Source: a virus
Direction: 5' to 3' (one strand)
Virus record (IMG/VR): IMGVR_UViG_3300021963_000057
Location: 40,627-104,626 of that record
DNA: 64,000 nucleotides
Shown here one piece after another: positions 10,074 through 20,116 of the stretch (its first letter is position 1; the number at the start of each line of letters is the position of its first letter). The position numbers and the translations under genes are program-made. The notes below the pieces were generated by a model. The model saw only the letters and a program-made list of their open reading frames with translations. It searched no databases and was not told the DNA's origin.

Positions 10074-11788
10074 TTTTATTCCAAAAGATTAAGTGGAAGA
10101 ATTTTCTATCCACTGGAGCACACTTTACTGAAATTGATTTTACCAAGTCCAATAACACATTGATTATTGGTCACAATGGCGCAGGCAAGTCCACAATTTT
10201 GGATGCATTATGTTTTGGATTGTTTGGTAAACCTTTTCGTAAGATTAACAAGCCACAATTACTCAACTCTGTCAACGGCAAAGAAGCCGTTGTAGAAGTT
10301 CATTTCAATATTGGACAAAAAAGATACAAAGTAATTCGTGGTATTAAACCAAATGTATTTGAAATTTATCTGAATGATGTATTGCTGAACCAAGATGCAG
10401 CTGCAAAAGACTATCAAGAGATACTAGAGAATAATATTCTCAAACTAAATTACAAGTCCTTTACGCAGGTTGTCATTCTTGGTTCAGCATCATTTGTTCC
10501 GTTCATGCAGTTATCGGCATCTGACCGTAGAGCAATCATTGAAGACCTACTAGACATTCAAATTTTTTCCTCAATGAACAATGTTATCAAGGAGAAGAAC
10601 TCGGCCATCAAAGAAGAATTGAATAAAACCAAGTATGCAATTTCTCTTACCGAAGAAAAGATAACTCTACAAAAACAAAACATCGAAGAACATAAAAAGA
10701 ACCATGATGCAGAAATTAAACGCAAACAGGAAGAAATAGAAAAATCAAAAACTCAAATGAGTACATTGCAAAGTGATATTCAGTTGATTAATAAACATAT
10801 TGCGGTATTACAGAATAGGGTTGGTGATAAGAAAGAGAAGCTGGATAAAAAATCCAAGAGTCTATTTCAAATCAAAGGTAAAGTGCAAACTAATATTGAC
10901 CGAAACCAAAAGGAGATTGACTTCTATGAAAACAACCACGATTGTCCAACTTGCAAACAGTCTATCACACCTGAGTGGAAAGATTCTCAAGTACAAGAAA
11001 AGTCAGAGAAAATCACTACACAAAAAACTGGATTGGTTGAGATTGAACAGGAACTAACCAAAGTAACTGCCGAAATCAAATTAATAACAGATATACTTTC
11101 GCATATCAGTGAACATAATGGTGAAGTTATTAAACATACTTCTACCATATCAGCAATAAACAACTACATCACCAAGTTGAATACTGAGATTGATGAGTTG
11201 ACTAAGAAACAAACCAACACAGAAGGTAGTGACCAAAAGTTAACTGAATTGAATACTGCACTGGAAGAACACCGTAAAGCTTATGAAGTGAGTTTGACCG
11301 AAAAACATTACCATGAATTTGCAGGTACTTTGTTGAAAGATGGCGGCATTAAGACACGTATCATTAAACAATATTTGCCAATTATGAATAAGTTGATTAA
11401 CAAGTACCTGAAAGCCATGGACTTCTTTGTCAACTTTAACATCAACGAAAACTTTGAAGAAACAATTAAGAGTAGACACCGTGATGACTTCTCTTATGCC
11501 AATTTTTCGGAAGGTGAAAAAATGCGTATTGATTTGGCACTATTGTTTACTTGGCGACAGATTGCCAAACTAAAGAATAGTACGAATACAAATTTGTTGA
11601 TACTTGATGAAGTGTTTGATTCTAGCCTTGATACCGTAGGTACTGAAGAATTTCTGAAGTTGATACAAGAAATGGGTGCAGATACGAACGTGTTTGTTAT
11701 CTCACATAAAGGCGACCAACTGTTCGATAAGTTCCGTTCGGTTATTAAATTTGAAAAGAAAAATAATTTTTCAAGGATTGCAAAATGA
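10070..11788 (+). CDS. gp46: Recombination ATPase subunit (Rad50/SbcC-like)
   Basis: GHNGAGKST, CPTC hook, FSEGEK, LDEVFD. Confidence 0.96.
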   Translation: MILFQKIKWKNFLSTGAHFTEIDFTKSNNTLIIGHNGAGKSTILDALCFGLFGKPFRKINKPQLLNSVNGKEAVVEVHFNIGQKRYKVIRGIKPNVFEIYLNDVLLNQDAAAKDYQEILENNILKLNYKSFTQVVILGSASFVPFMQLSASDRRAIIEDLLDIQIFSSMNNVIKEKNSAIKEELNKTKYAISLTEEKITLQKQNIEEHKKNHDAEIKRKQEEIEKSKTQMSTLQSDIQLINKHIAVLQNRVGDKKEKLDKKSKSLFQIKGKVQTNIDRNQKEIDFYENNHDCPTCKQSITPEWKDSQVQEKSEKITTQKTGLVEIEQELTKVTAEIKLITDILSHISEHNGEVIKHTSTISAINNYITKLNTEIDELTKKQTNTEGSDQKLTELNTALEEHRKAYEVSLTEKHYHEFAGTLLKDGGIKTRIIKQYLPIMNKLINKYLKAMDFFVNFNINENFEETIKSRHRDDFSYANFSEGEKMRIDLALLFTWRQIAKLKNSTNTNLLILDEVFDSSLDTVGTEEFLKLIQEMGADTNVFVISHKGDQLFDKFRSVIKFEKKNNFSRIAK

Positions 11789-12378
11789 ATACAGAAGATA
11801 TTGTCTTATATAACACAGAAGAAACGATTAAGGTTGCACCGACAGCCGAAAAGGTTGAAACGTTTGACTTGGTACCGCCAGACCATCCAGCACTTTACAA
11901 AGTCCTACCAGAGTTTGATTTTGAAAATGCACCAATCAATCCAAATAGTTTTGCATCTACATTGGTGGAGACTTGTAGAAAACATCATGGTATTGGTCTA
12001 TCTGCAAATCAATGTGGTTTTGAATACCGTGTTTTTGTTATGGGTGCCGGTGAAGAATATGTGGCATATTTCAATCCAAAAATCATTTCATCAAGTGGCG
12101 AAAAACACATGGAAGAAGGATGCCTTTCATTTCCTTTCTTAAATCTCCACATTACCAGACCAGAAACTGTAGAGGTTGAATACCAGGATTTCACAGGTGA
12201 GAAACGTACCAAAACTTTTAATGGCATATCTGCAAGATGTTTTCTTCATGAGCTTGACCACATGAACGGGATAGTGTATACTAGTCGTGTAAAACCACTT
12301 GCGTTACAATTTGGTTTGAAAAAGTTGGATAAAATTAGACGCAAGTACTTTAACCCTAAGAAAACCAAAAGAACTTAA
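11785..12378 (+). CDS. def: Peptide deformylase
   Basis: GIGLSANQ, EGCLS, HELDH. Confidence 0.95.
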   Translation: MNTEDIVLYNTEETIKVAPTAEKVETFDLVPPDHPALYKVLPEFDFENAPINPNSFASTLVETCRKHHGIGLSANQCGFEYRVFVMGAGEEYVAYFNPKIISSSGEKHMEEGCLSFPFLNLHITRPETVEVEYQDFTGEKRTKTFNGISARCFLHELDHMNGIVYTSRVKPLALQFGLKKLDKIRRKYFNPKKTKRT

Positions 12379-13643
12379 TGGCCACACCTATAGATTATGT
12401 TGATGCTCAGTGGGAAAAATGGCAGGTACTAAATGATCCTGAACGTTTCGAACACATTGACACTGAGCAATTGAAAGAGATATTGATTAAGGACCTTACG
12501 TATGCCTCACAAATGGATGTACGTGAGTATACCTTATATCAAAAGTGGTTAGAGGTGCATGAGAAATATCCAACCAGAACAATCAGTACACTCTTTGATG
12601 AAGAAGTGCAATTGGTAGATGTTACACAAAAGAAACTGGTTGAGAAAGTCAAAAAAAACTTTTGGATGCCAGAAGGTCCAGATGACTATGAAAAATTAAA
12701 GCCAAGATTAGTCTTATCTAACGGACCTTTGGCAGAAACATGGAATACAGTACGTACATTTTCTTCTACGATGAAGAATAACTCCAACATTGGCCGCAAT
12801 CTTTATTACACTGTGGTTGATGAAAACACCGACAAGTATCTTGGTGTTATCTGTATATCATCTGACTTCTTGGACTTGACTCCAAGAGATACCGCAATTG
12901 GTTGGCCACGTGATGTTAAGACACAACAAGGCATGATTAATCATACAGCAATTGGTTCTACAATCGTTCCACTACAACCACTTGGTTTCAATTATATGGG
13001 TGGTAAATTGTTGGCATTGTTGTGTCTTGCTGATACCGTACAGAATGATTGGAAAAGACAATATGGAGACGTTCTTGTTGGAGTTACAACTACTTCCCTT
13101 TATGGCAACACTAAGTCCAATGGTCTATCTCAGTATGATGGTCTTGAACATTGGAACAAAATGGGTTTCTCTAGTGGTTCGGTTGCTTTTGAACCGTCCA
13201 GAAAAACCAGAGCAATGATTTATGATTGGGTAAAAGAGAATCACACACGTAAATATTTTGAGTGGTGGGAAGCCAAGAATCAAAAAGGTTTGCCACTTAA
13301 ACGTGACCACAAAAATCGTACATTAAATTTTGCGTATGGTAAGTTGGGTATTCCAAAAGAACTTATCCGTACAGAGCATCAGAGAGGCATCTATTTCTCA
13401 CCTCTCTATAACAACACCAATGAATATCTTAGGAAAGAAATTGGTGATGAACAACTGGTCAAATCATTTGATACCAGTGAAGAAACCTTGACGCAAATTT
13501 GGAAAACCAAATATGCCAAAGGTCGTATATCAATGTTGAAGAAAAAGAATAATGTATCTTATGAATCATTATTTTATGATGACTTGATATACCTGTCTTG
13601 GGAAGAAACCAAGGCTAAGTATCTACCACAAGTTGGCAGATAA
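12378..13643 (+). CDS. DUF4338 / DruA-like protein (copy 1)
   Basis: PLGFNYMGGKLLA and TTTSLYG..SQY motifs recalled for this family. Confidence 0.65.
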   Translation: MATPIDYVDAQWEKWQVLNDPERFEHIDTEQLKEILIKDLTYASQMDVREYTLYQKWLEVHEKYPTRTISTLFDEEVQLVDVTQKKLVEKVKKNFWMPEGPDDYEKLKPRLVLSNGPLAETWNTVRTFSSTMKNNSNIGRNLYYTVVDENTDKYLGVICISSDFLDLTPRDTAIGWPRDVKTQQGMINHTAIGSTIVPLQPLGFNYMGGKLLALLCLADTVQNDWKRQYGDVLVGVTTTSLYGNTKSNGLSQYDGLEHWNKMGFSSGSVAFEPSRKTRAMIYDWVKENHTRKYFEWWEAKNQKGLPLKRDHKNRTLNFAYGKLGIPKELIRTEHQRGIYFSPLYNNTNEYLRKEIGDEQLVKSFDTSEETLTQIWKTKYAKGRISMLKKKNNVSYESLFYDDLIYLSWEETKAKYLPQVGR

Positions 13644-13664
13644 AAAAGTATACCGCCAATATAC

Positions 13665-13693
13665 TTGACACACACACTAAGTAATAGTATAAT
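13665..13693 (+). promoter_or_regulatory. Sigma70-type promoter
   Basis: TTGACA-N17-TATAAT. Confidence 0.8.
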
Positions 13694-13750
13694 GTGAATA
13701 CTTGCGAAATGCAAGACTTTTGTTTTTAACTTTGTCATTAGGAGATTATT

Positions 13751-14023
13751 ATGACTACCAAAATTTCTGCGAAAGAAAAAATCCTCAATTATTTGAGCAA
13801 GACTGAGGGTTACAACACCCTTTCCACAGCACAAGCACGTGCTCGTTTCGGAATCCAAAATGTTTCCGCACGTATTGATGAGTTGCGCCAAGAAGGCCAC
13901 TGCATCTACACCAACACCAAAACACGTGGTGATGGTTCTAAGGTATCTGTATACCGTTTGGGTACACCAACTAAAGCAATGGTTCGTACCGCACTTAAAG
14001 CTGGTTACAGCTTCAGCGCTTAA
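13751..14023 (+). CDS. Small winged-helix DNA-binding protein
   Basis: ARARFGIQNVSARIDELRQEG HTH-like pattern; own promoter and terminator. Confidence 0.7.
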   Translation: MTTKISAKEKILNYLSKTEGYNTLSTAQARARFGIQNVSARIDELRQEGHCIYTNTKTRGDGSKVSVYRLGTPTKAMVRTALKAGYSFSA

Positions 14024-14033
14024 TTATTAAGCT

Positions 14034-14063
14034 AATAGGGATCCATGCCGGATCCCTATTTTT
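14034..14063 (+). terminator. Intrinsic terminator
   Basis: AATAGGGATCC/GGATCCCTATT hairpin plus U-run. Confidence 0.8.
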
Positions 14064-14077
14064 GTTTTGGAGAGAAA

Positions 14078-14896
14078 ATGGAAATTTCAATTAAAAAAGA
14101 AGAACTTCAGAAGAAAAGCATTTTCGTTGCTACACCTATGTACGGCGGCATGAATCATGGACTTTATGCCAAGGCATGTCTTGATTTACAAGCACTCTGT
14201 ATGCAATATGGTGTTACAGTGAAATTCTCATTTCTTTTCAATGAGTCTTTAATTACACGTGCTAGAAATTATCTTGTTGATGAATTCTTGCACCGTTCAG
14301 ATTGCACACACATGTTGTTCATTGATGCTGATATTCACTTCAATCCACAAGATGTTATTGCCTTGTTGGCCTTAGACAAGGATGTTATTGGTGGTCCTTA
14401 TCCTAAGAAAGCGATTAAGTGGTCGTCAGTTAAGAAAGCATTGGCTAAAAATCCAGATATGGAAGCAAGTGCTTTAGATAAAGTTACTGGTGATTATGTT
14501 TTCAATCCAGTAAGAGGCACAGATAAATTTAGTGTTGCCGATCCACTTGAAGTGTTGGAAATCGGTACCGGTTTTATGATGGTTAAACGTGAAGTTTTCC
14601 CTAAGTTTGCAGAAGCATTCCCACATCTACGTTACAAACCAGACCACGTTGGCCAAGCCAACTTTGATGGTTCACGTTACATTCATGCGTTCTTTGATAC
14701 GTTGATTGACACCAAAGATTCTCCAACAGGCGGTGGTTCAGACCGTTACTTGTCAGAAGATTACATGTTCTGTCAACTGTGGCGTAAGATTGGTGGTTCT
14801 ATTTGGTTGTGTCCTTGGATGCGAGCAGACCACATTGGTACCTATCACTTTAAAGGTGATATGCCAGCAGTAGCAAATTACGTTGGAGAAATGTAA
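14078..14896 (+). CDS. GT-A fold glycosyltransferase-like protein
   Basis: FIDADI DxD motif, GTGFMMVKR, LSEDYMFC. Confidence 0.75.
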   Translation: MEISIKKEELQKKSIFVATPMYGGMNHGLYAKACLDLQALCMQYGVTVKFSFLFNESLITRARNYLVDEFLHRSDCTHMLFIDADIHFNPQDVIALLALDKDVIGGPYPKKAIKWSSVKKALAKNPDMEASALDKVTGDYVFNPVRGTDKFSVADPLEVLEIGTGFMMVKREVFPKFAEAFPHLRYKPDHVGQANFDGSRYIHAFFDTLIDTKDSPTGGGSDRYLSEDYMFCQLWRKIGGSIWLCPWMRADHIGTYHFKGDMPAVANYVGEM

Positions 14897-15558
14897 TGAT
14901 TGTTGGTTTACTTGGATTCATTGGTTCAGGTAAAGGCACTGCCGGTGACATTCTTAAAGACCTTGGCTTTACTCCTGTGAGTTTTGCCAAAGGTGTTAAA
15001 GATGTTGCCGCAGAAATGTTTGGTTGGCCACGACACCTATTAGAAGGTGATACTGAACAGTCCAGACAATGGCGTGAACAACCAGATAAATTCTGGTCAG
15101 AAGAATTTGGTCGTGAGTTTACACCAAGACTAGCACTACAATTAATGGGTACAGAAGTTGGTCGTGAAGTTTTTCACTCTGATTTTTGGATCATCAAATT
15201 GAAAAATTATATACAAAAAAATCCAAATCAAGATTATGTTATTACTGATGTACGTTTTCAAAATGAAATTGAATTCGTTCATCAGAACAAAGGCATTCTC
15301 ATAGAGATACAACGTGGTACTACACCACATTGGTATGAGATTGCATCCAAGGCCAATCGTGGTGACTGGAAAGCGGAAGAATTTATGTTGAAGCAATCTG
15401 GTGTACATGAATCTGAATGGCGTTGGATTGGTGGTTACGTTGACCATCACATTGACAACCAAGGTTCTTTGGAAGAATTAAAGAACAAATTGATTAAATG
15501 CTTGACAACCTCTTATGGTCCAGGTATAATGAGTGAATTGAAACAAGGAGTATCGTAA
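14896..15558 (+). CDS. gp1: Deoxynucleoside monophosphate kinase
   Basis: GFIGSGKGT, TPRLALQLMGTE, ITDVRFQNE, HESE. Confidence 0.9.
   Translation: MIVGLLGFIGSGKGTAGDILKDLGFTPVSFAKGVKDVAAEMFGWPRHLLEGDTEQSRQWREQPDKFWSEEFGREFTPRLALQLMGTEVGREVFHSDFWIIKLKNYIQKNPNQDYVITDVRFQNEIEFVHQNKGILIEIQRGTTPHWYEIASKANRGDWKAEEFMLKQSGVHESEWRWIGGYVDHHIDNQGSLEELKNKLIKCLTTSYGPGIMSELKQGVS
15502..15530 (+). promoter_or_regulatory. Sigma70-type promoter for gp45
   Basis: TTGACA-N17-TATAAT. Confidence 0.75.
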
Positions 15559-16235
15559 TGAAATTATCTAATGAGACCTTAACGGTTCTTAAAAACTTTG
15601 CCAACATTAATCCTGGTATTGAGTTTAAGACTGGTAAGAAATTGACAACTATTTCCGCAACAAAGACTGTCTTGGCAAAGGCAGGCATCAAAGATGACTT
15701 TCCACAGGATTTCTGCATCTATGATTTGAACCAGTTTTTGTCCGTACAATCTCTGTACAAAGATGGTGAAATTGATTTTGATGACAAACATGTTATCTTC
15801 AAAGTTGGTCGTAAGAAACTAAACTATCGCAAAACTGCAAAGAGCATGATTGTGACACCACCAGATAAAGAATTAACATTGCCTTCTGTTGATGTGTCAT
15901 TCACATTGAAAGAAGAAGAACTTGCTTCTATCCTAAAGACTGCGAGCATCCTACAATCACCTAACATTGCCATCATGTCTGATGGTGAAAAGATTTCTAT
16001 CACAACCTGTGATGCAAAAGATAACTCTGCACATACCGATTCAACAGAAATTGCTGATGGTAACGGCAAGAAGTTTAAGGCTTTGTTTTTGACAGAGAAC
16101 TTTAAAATGATTTCTGGTTCTTATGAAGTACAAATTTCATCTAAAGGTTTGTCATACTTCAAGAACACTAAAGAAGATATGGAATACTGGATCGCCATCG
16201 AAGCCAAAGAATCTGACTTGTCGTTCGGAGAATAA
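15558..16235 (+). CDS. gp45: Sliding clamp
   Basis: MKLSNETLTVLKNFANIN, IYDLNQFL, YWIAIE. Confidence 0.95.
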   Translation: MKLSNETLTVLKNFANINPGIEFKTGKKLTTISATKTVLAKAGIKDDFPQDFCIYDLNQFLSVQSLYKDGEIDFDDKHVIFKVGRKKLNYRKTAKSMIVTPPDKELTLPSVDVSFTLKEEELASILKTASILQSPNIAIMSDGEKISITTCDAKDNSAHTDSTEIADGNGKKFKALFLTENFKMISGSYEVQISSKGLSYFKNTKEDMEYWIAIEAKESDLSFGE

Positions 16236-16236
16236 T

Positions 16237-16512
16237 ATGACTAAAGTAAATACACTATTTGGTTCTTTTGATGAAGACCAACTGAAAAAACTTAAAGGTT
16301 ATGTTGATGAAATGGTTCTACACATGAACCGAAATCAATCAAACAACGATGCAATGAAAGACATTGTAGATGTTGCCAATGAAGAATTAAAAGTGCCTAA
16401 GAAGATTATCAAGCGTATGGCAAAAACACAATTTAAAAACTCATTTCAAACTGAAGTGGCAGAATCAAAAGAATTTGAAGCCTTGTTTGAAAGTATGAAT
16501 GGAGTTAAATGA
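16237..16512 (+). CDS. Putative dsDNA-binding protein (T4 DsbA-like)
   Basis: Size and helical pattern (KKIIKRMAKTQFKNSF...EFEALFE). Confidence 0.55.
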   Translation: MTKVNTLFGSFDEDQLKKLKGYVDEMVLHMNRNQSNNDAMKDIVDVANEELKVPKKIIKRMAKTQFKNSFQTEVAESKEFEALFESMNGVK

Positions 16513-16709
16513 TGGGTGAAATACGCACATGGATTGATAAAGAACAGTACATTGCTGTACTTGAAAAAGAAATCAGTGTATTACAATCCAGATATGATCC
16601 AAGTCAAGAAGGCACTGGTCATTACAATACAGCAATTCATGTATTGCAAAATAGAGTCGCTGAACTTGAACTAGAAATGATTTGGCCATTTCCAGATGCA
16701 ACAAATTGA
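16509..16709 (+). CDS. Hypothetical protein
   Basis: RBS and overlapping start/stop coupling. Confidence 0.6.
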   Translation: MMGEIRTWIDKEQYIAVLEKEISVLQSRYDPSQEGTGHYNTAIHVLQNRVAELELEMIWPFPDATN

Positions 16710-17046
16710 AATACCATTCTTCTATCCACTAACGGAACAAACTTCGTTGGAGTTAGATTTTACTCCAAGTGAACAATGGATTGCAGAGTGGCGAAACAAA
16801 CAATGGAGTCCTGTCACCAGTGGCAGTTACTTAATTAGTAATGGTGGTGTTGGTATTGGAACAATCGCAGCATCATGGTCACAACCAACAACCGAGTTTG
16901 TTATAAGACCTAGTGAAAAGAATGTTGGTAAGTGGGAAATCACAAGCGGAATGTTTGTGTATAGACCCACTAAGCCAAATACAGTCGTAAGATTTTTTGC
17001 CAAGTTACTGCTTGGCTTTAAATGGCACGATGAAATTCAATCGTAA
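16696..17046 (+). CDS. Hypothetical protein
   Basis: ORF in operon. Confidence 0.55.
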   Translation: MQQIEIPFFYPLTEQTSLELDFTPSEQWIAEWRNKQWSPVTSGSYLISNGGVGIGTIAASWSQPTTEFVIRPSEKNVGKWEITSGMFVYRPTKPNTVVRFFAKLLLGFKWHDEIQS

Positions 17047-17153
17047 AAAATTGGATATAGTATTGAAACAATAATTATTGTTTCATTTTTAATTAGAGTT
17101 CGTGTCTTGTTAAGGTTTTCTTACAGCACCTACTTATTTTATAAGGAAAAATC

Positions 17154-18167
17154 ATGTTCGATACAAAAACTATCGACCCTAATAAGGTCACGTTTACACA
17201 AATCAAATCTCCAGGCATACGATTCAAAGACCGTGTCCGCATTAAATTCTCGGAGATAAATTCCCCTGCTTTTAAAACTGGTAATCCTGTTAGGATGAAA
17301 GGTAAAAACGTTTCTCATATTCAACGATTGGAAATTTCATTTGCTCAAGGTATTGATTACACCCAAATGCCTCCTTCGGTGATTGAAAAATCCAATAATG
17401 ACGGTGGAATTATCACAAAGTATGAATTAATTACAGGCAACCATAGTTTCGAAGCCATGAAAAATATTGGTTTCGATGAATGGGTGTTTGATATCTATGA
17501 ATTAATTCCAAATTCTGGATATGGATATGAAGATGCTATTCGTACATTCCAATTAAAAGAAAACAATGAATCTCCAAAGTTAGGTTCTTGCGAGGAAGAT
17601 GTTGTAAATATTATTTGTCGATTGATAGACCATGCTTCAAAATTGGTTGAAGCAAAAGAGGATAGTATTAAATCTTATGTTGATTCTGTTTGCACATACA
17701 TGCACTGGCAAACAAGATCCAAAATTGTGAGAGATACGATTCGTAAACTATCAAAGAGTGGTAAAAACCCATACAGAGATTATATCACTTATACTGCAAG
17801 TGATGTGGGTGAATTTTTGCAAAAAAATACAGACCTTGTTGCTTTTGGTGAATTTGATATGACTCGACAAAAAACTGGTTGGTCAATTTTAGAGGGATAT
17901 GAATATGAAATTTTGATGAATGCTATTAAAAAATATCATTCTGAAAAACGTGAATCCTACTTCACACTACATACAGGAAGTTTAACGGACAAACTATCAA
18001 CTGCCAAAGAGAAACGTCAGAAGATGGTTAACAATCTAAGCAACCTCGAAAACTCTTTGTTGAGTGTTTTTGAATATTATCAATTAAATGGAAAATTTCC
18101 ATGGCATACTATGGGTGCTTTGCCACAAGATGTCCGTGGTGGTGAACAAGATTATATCTATTTCTAA
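17154..18167 (+). CDS. Hypothetical protein with ParB/sulfiredoxin-like N-terminal domain
   Basis: PPSV...YELITGNHSFEA resembles the ParB/Srx G(N/H)HR motif; AAGGA RBS. Confidence 0.55.
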   Translation: MFDTKTIDPNKVTFTQIKSPGIRFKDRVRIKFSEINSPAFKTGNPVRMKGKNVSHIQRLEISFAQGIDYTQMPPSVIEKSNNDGGIITKYELITGNHSFEAMKNIGFDEWVFDIYELIPNSGYGYEDAIRTFQLKENNESPKLGSCEEDVVNIICRLIDHASKLVEAKEDSIKSYVDSVCTYMHWQTRSKIVRDTIRKLSKSGKNPYRDYITYTASDVGEFLQKNTDLVAFGEFDMTRQKTGWSILEGYEYEILMNAIKKYHSEKRESYFTLHTGSLTDKLSTAKEKRQKMVNNLSNLENSLLSVFEYYQLNGKFPWHTMGALPQDVRGGEQDYIYF

Positions 18168-18172
18168 GTGAC

Positions 18173-18201
18173 TTGACATGGCCTTCGGGCCATGTTATAA
18201 T
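18173..18201 (+). promoter_or_regulatory. Sigma70 promoter for gp44 overlapping a TTCG hairpin
   Basis: TTGACA-N17-TATAAT; ACATGGCC-TTCG-GGCCATGT spans it. Confidence 0.75.
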
Positions 18202-18227
18202 TTTATTTTATATTATGGAGAATTTGA

Positions 18228-19160
18228 ATGTCGCACATTTTATGGGTCGAAAAGTATCGTCCTAAAACTATTGAAGATTGTATTCTTCCTGATGGTATCA
18301 AAGCAACATTTCAGGAGTATGTAAACCGCAAAGAGATTCCTAACCTCTTGTTGTCTGGTTCTGCTGGTGTTGGTAAAACTACAATTGCAAAAGCACTTTG
18401 TGAAGAAGTCGGTTGCGATTACATTATGATTAACGGTTCAGACGAATCGGGTATTGATGTTCTACGGAACAAAATCAAGAACTATGCATCATCTATGTCC
18501 CTGTCAGGCGGCCGCAAGGTCGTTATCATTGACGAAGCGGACTATCTAAATCCAAATTCAACTCAACCTGCCATGCGTGGTGCGATTGAGGAGTTTGCAT
18601 CTAACTGTTCTTTCATCTTCACATGTAACTTTAAAAACAGAATCATTGACCCAATTCATTCTCGTTGTACCGTTGTTGATTTTAAAATCAATGGCAGTAA
18701 ACAAAAGATGGCAGCTGCCTTCTTCAAACGTGTTGAGTGGATTCTTGAACAAGAAGGAGTTACTTATGATAAGCAAGTGGTTGCTGCCGTTATCACGAAA
18801 CATTTTCCTGATAATCGCCGTGTTCTCAACGAGCTTCAGCGTTATAGTGTTAGCGGCACAATTGACAAAGGTATTCTTGCATCAGTTTCCGATGTGCAGC
18901 TAAATGAGTTGGTGACTTCACTTATGAACAAAGACTTTGCTTCTTGTCGTAAATGGGTCACAAACAACCTTGATAATGATATCACCAGAATCTTTAGAAA
19001 TATCTATGATGGTTTGTATGAGAAGTTGAAACCAAATTCTGTGCCACAAATGGTACTAATCTTGGCAAAGTATCAATATCAATCAGCCTTTGTTGCAGAC
19101 CATGAAATCAATTTGATTGCCTGTCTGACAGAAATTATGGTCGAATGTGAATTCAAATGA
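18228..19160 (+). CDS. gp44: Clamp loader large subunit
   Basis: WVEKYRP, GSAGVGKTT, IIDEAD, SRC. Confidence 0.97.
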   Translation: MSHILWVEKYRPKTIEDCILPDGIKATFQEYVNRKEIPNLLLSGSAGVGKTTIAKALCEEVGCDYIMINGSDESGIDVLRNKIKNYASSMSLSGGRKVVIIDEADYLNPNSTQPAMRGAIEEFASNCSFIFTCNFKNRIIDPIHSRCTVVDFKINGSKQKMAAAFFKRVEWILEQEGVTYDKQVVAAVITKHFPDNRRVLNELQRYSVSGTIDKGILASVSDVQLNELVTSLMNKDFASCRKWVTNNLDNDITRIFRNIYDGLYEKLKPNSVPQMVLILAKYQYQSAFVADHEINLIACLTEIMVECEFK

Positions 19161-19546
19161 GTCCGTTCGATTATGCCGATTACATCCTGAGAAAGAAGGT
19201 GCCGGATGGTGAATTGGACTTCAAAGATTATGCACCTTTTCTAATCAATAGGTCTTTGTCCAACCATTTAGATTGTGTCTTGTACGCCAACGACATGAAC
19301 CTCTGGCCAGGAATCGACAAGGACATGCAATACCAGTATCTTCTAAATAGTATCAGGCCTATGAAACGTAAGTTCGTTCCATGGCAAAAGGCCGATTCTG
19401 AGAAGGATATTGAGTGCGTGAAAACCTATTTTGGGTATTCAAACTCCAAGGCTAAAGAAGCCCTACGTATCCTCACCGATGAACAAATCGCTGATATAAA
19501 AACAAAAATAGATACAGGCGGAGTGAAGAATAATGATAGAAATTAA
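19157..19546 (+). CDS. gp62: Clamp loader small subunit
   Basis: PFLINRSLS, YFGYSNSKAKEAL. Confidence 0.92.
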   Translation: MSPFDYADYILRKKVPDGELDFKDYAPFLINRSLSNHLDCVLYANDMNLWPGIDKDMQYQYLLNSIRPMKRKFVPWQKADSEKDIECVKTYFGYSNSKAKEALRILTDEQIADIKTKIDTGGVKNNDRN

Positions 19547-19940
19547 AGACTTAGTTGAAGTGACGTTGGATGACAAAGATGATTTTTTAAAGGTACGTGA
19601 GACACTGACCCGTATTGGTGTTGCCTCTAAGAAAGACCAGACACTGTACCAATCTTGCCACATTCTCCACAAGCGTGGACAATACTATGTGGTACATTTC
19701 AAAGAACTATTTGCCTTAGATGGCAAACCAACCGACATTACCGAAAACGACCTATCACGTAGGAATGCCATTGCAAACCTATTGGAAGATTGGGGTTTGG
19801 TAAAGATTGTCAACAAAAAACAAACCGAGGTGCCACCACCTATCTTCTTGTCACAGATTAAAATATTGTCACACAAAGAAAAGAATGACTGGCAACTTAC
19901 ACCAAAGTATAATATTGGTAAAAAACCGAACGGTTCTTGA
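19533..19940 (+). CDS. regA: Translational repressor RegA
   Basis: DFLKVRETLTRIG, QSCHILHKRGQYYVVHFKELF. Confidence 0.97.
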   Translation: MIEIKDLVEVTLDDKDDFLKVRETLTRIGVASKKDQTLYQSCHILHKRGQYYVVHFKELFALDGKPTDITENDLSRRNAIANLLEDWGLVKIVNKKQTEVPPPIFLSQIKILSHKEKNDWQLTPKYNIGKKPNGS

Positions 19941-19965
19941 CAACTAGTATAAATACTGATATAAT
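19937..19965 (+). promoter_or_regulatory. Nested sigma70 and late promoters upstream of hsp20
   Basis: TTGACA(19937)-N17-TATAAT(19960) with TATAAATA at 19948 inside the spacer. Confidence 0.75.
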
Positions 19966-20116
19966 AGTCCCATTCGGGATGGGAAAAAAGGTGCTCCACC
20001 TACCTTAGGAGCGTACTAAAACGGGCAAACGTATTGTCACTGGAGAACGTAACCAGTACCTCAACCGATACGCCTTCGGGGTATCAATTTTTTAATCTCG
20101 CTTTTAGGAGAAACAC

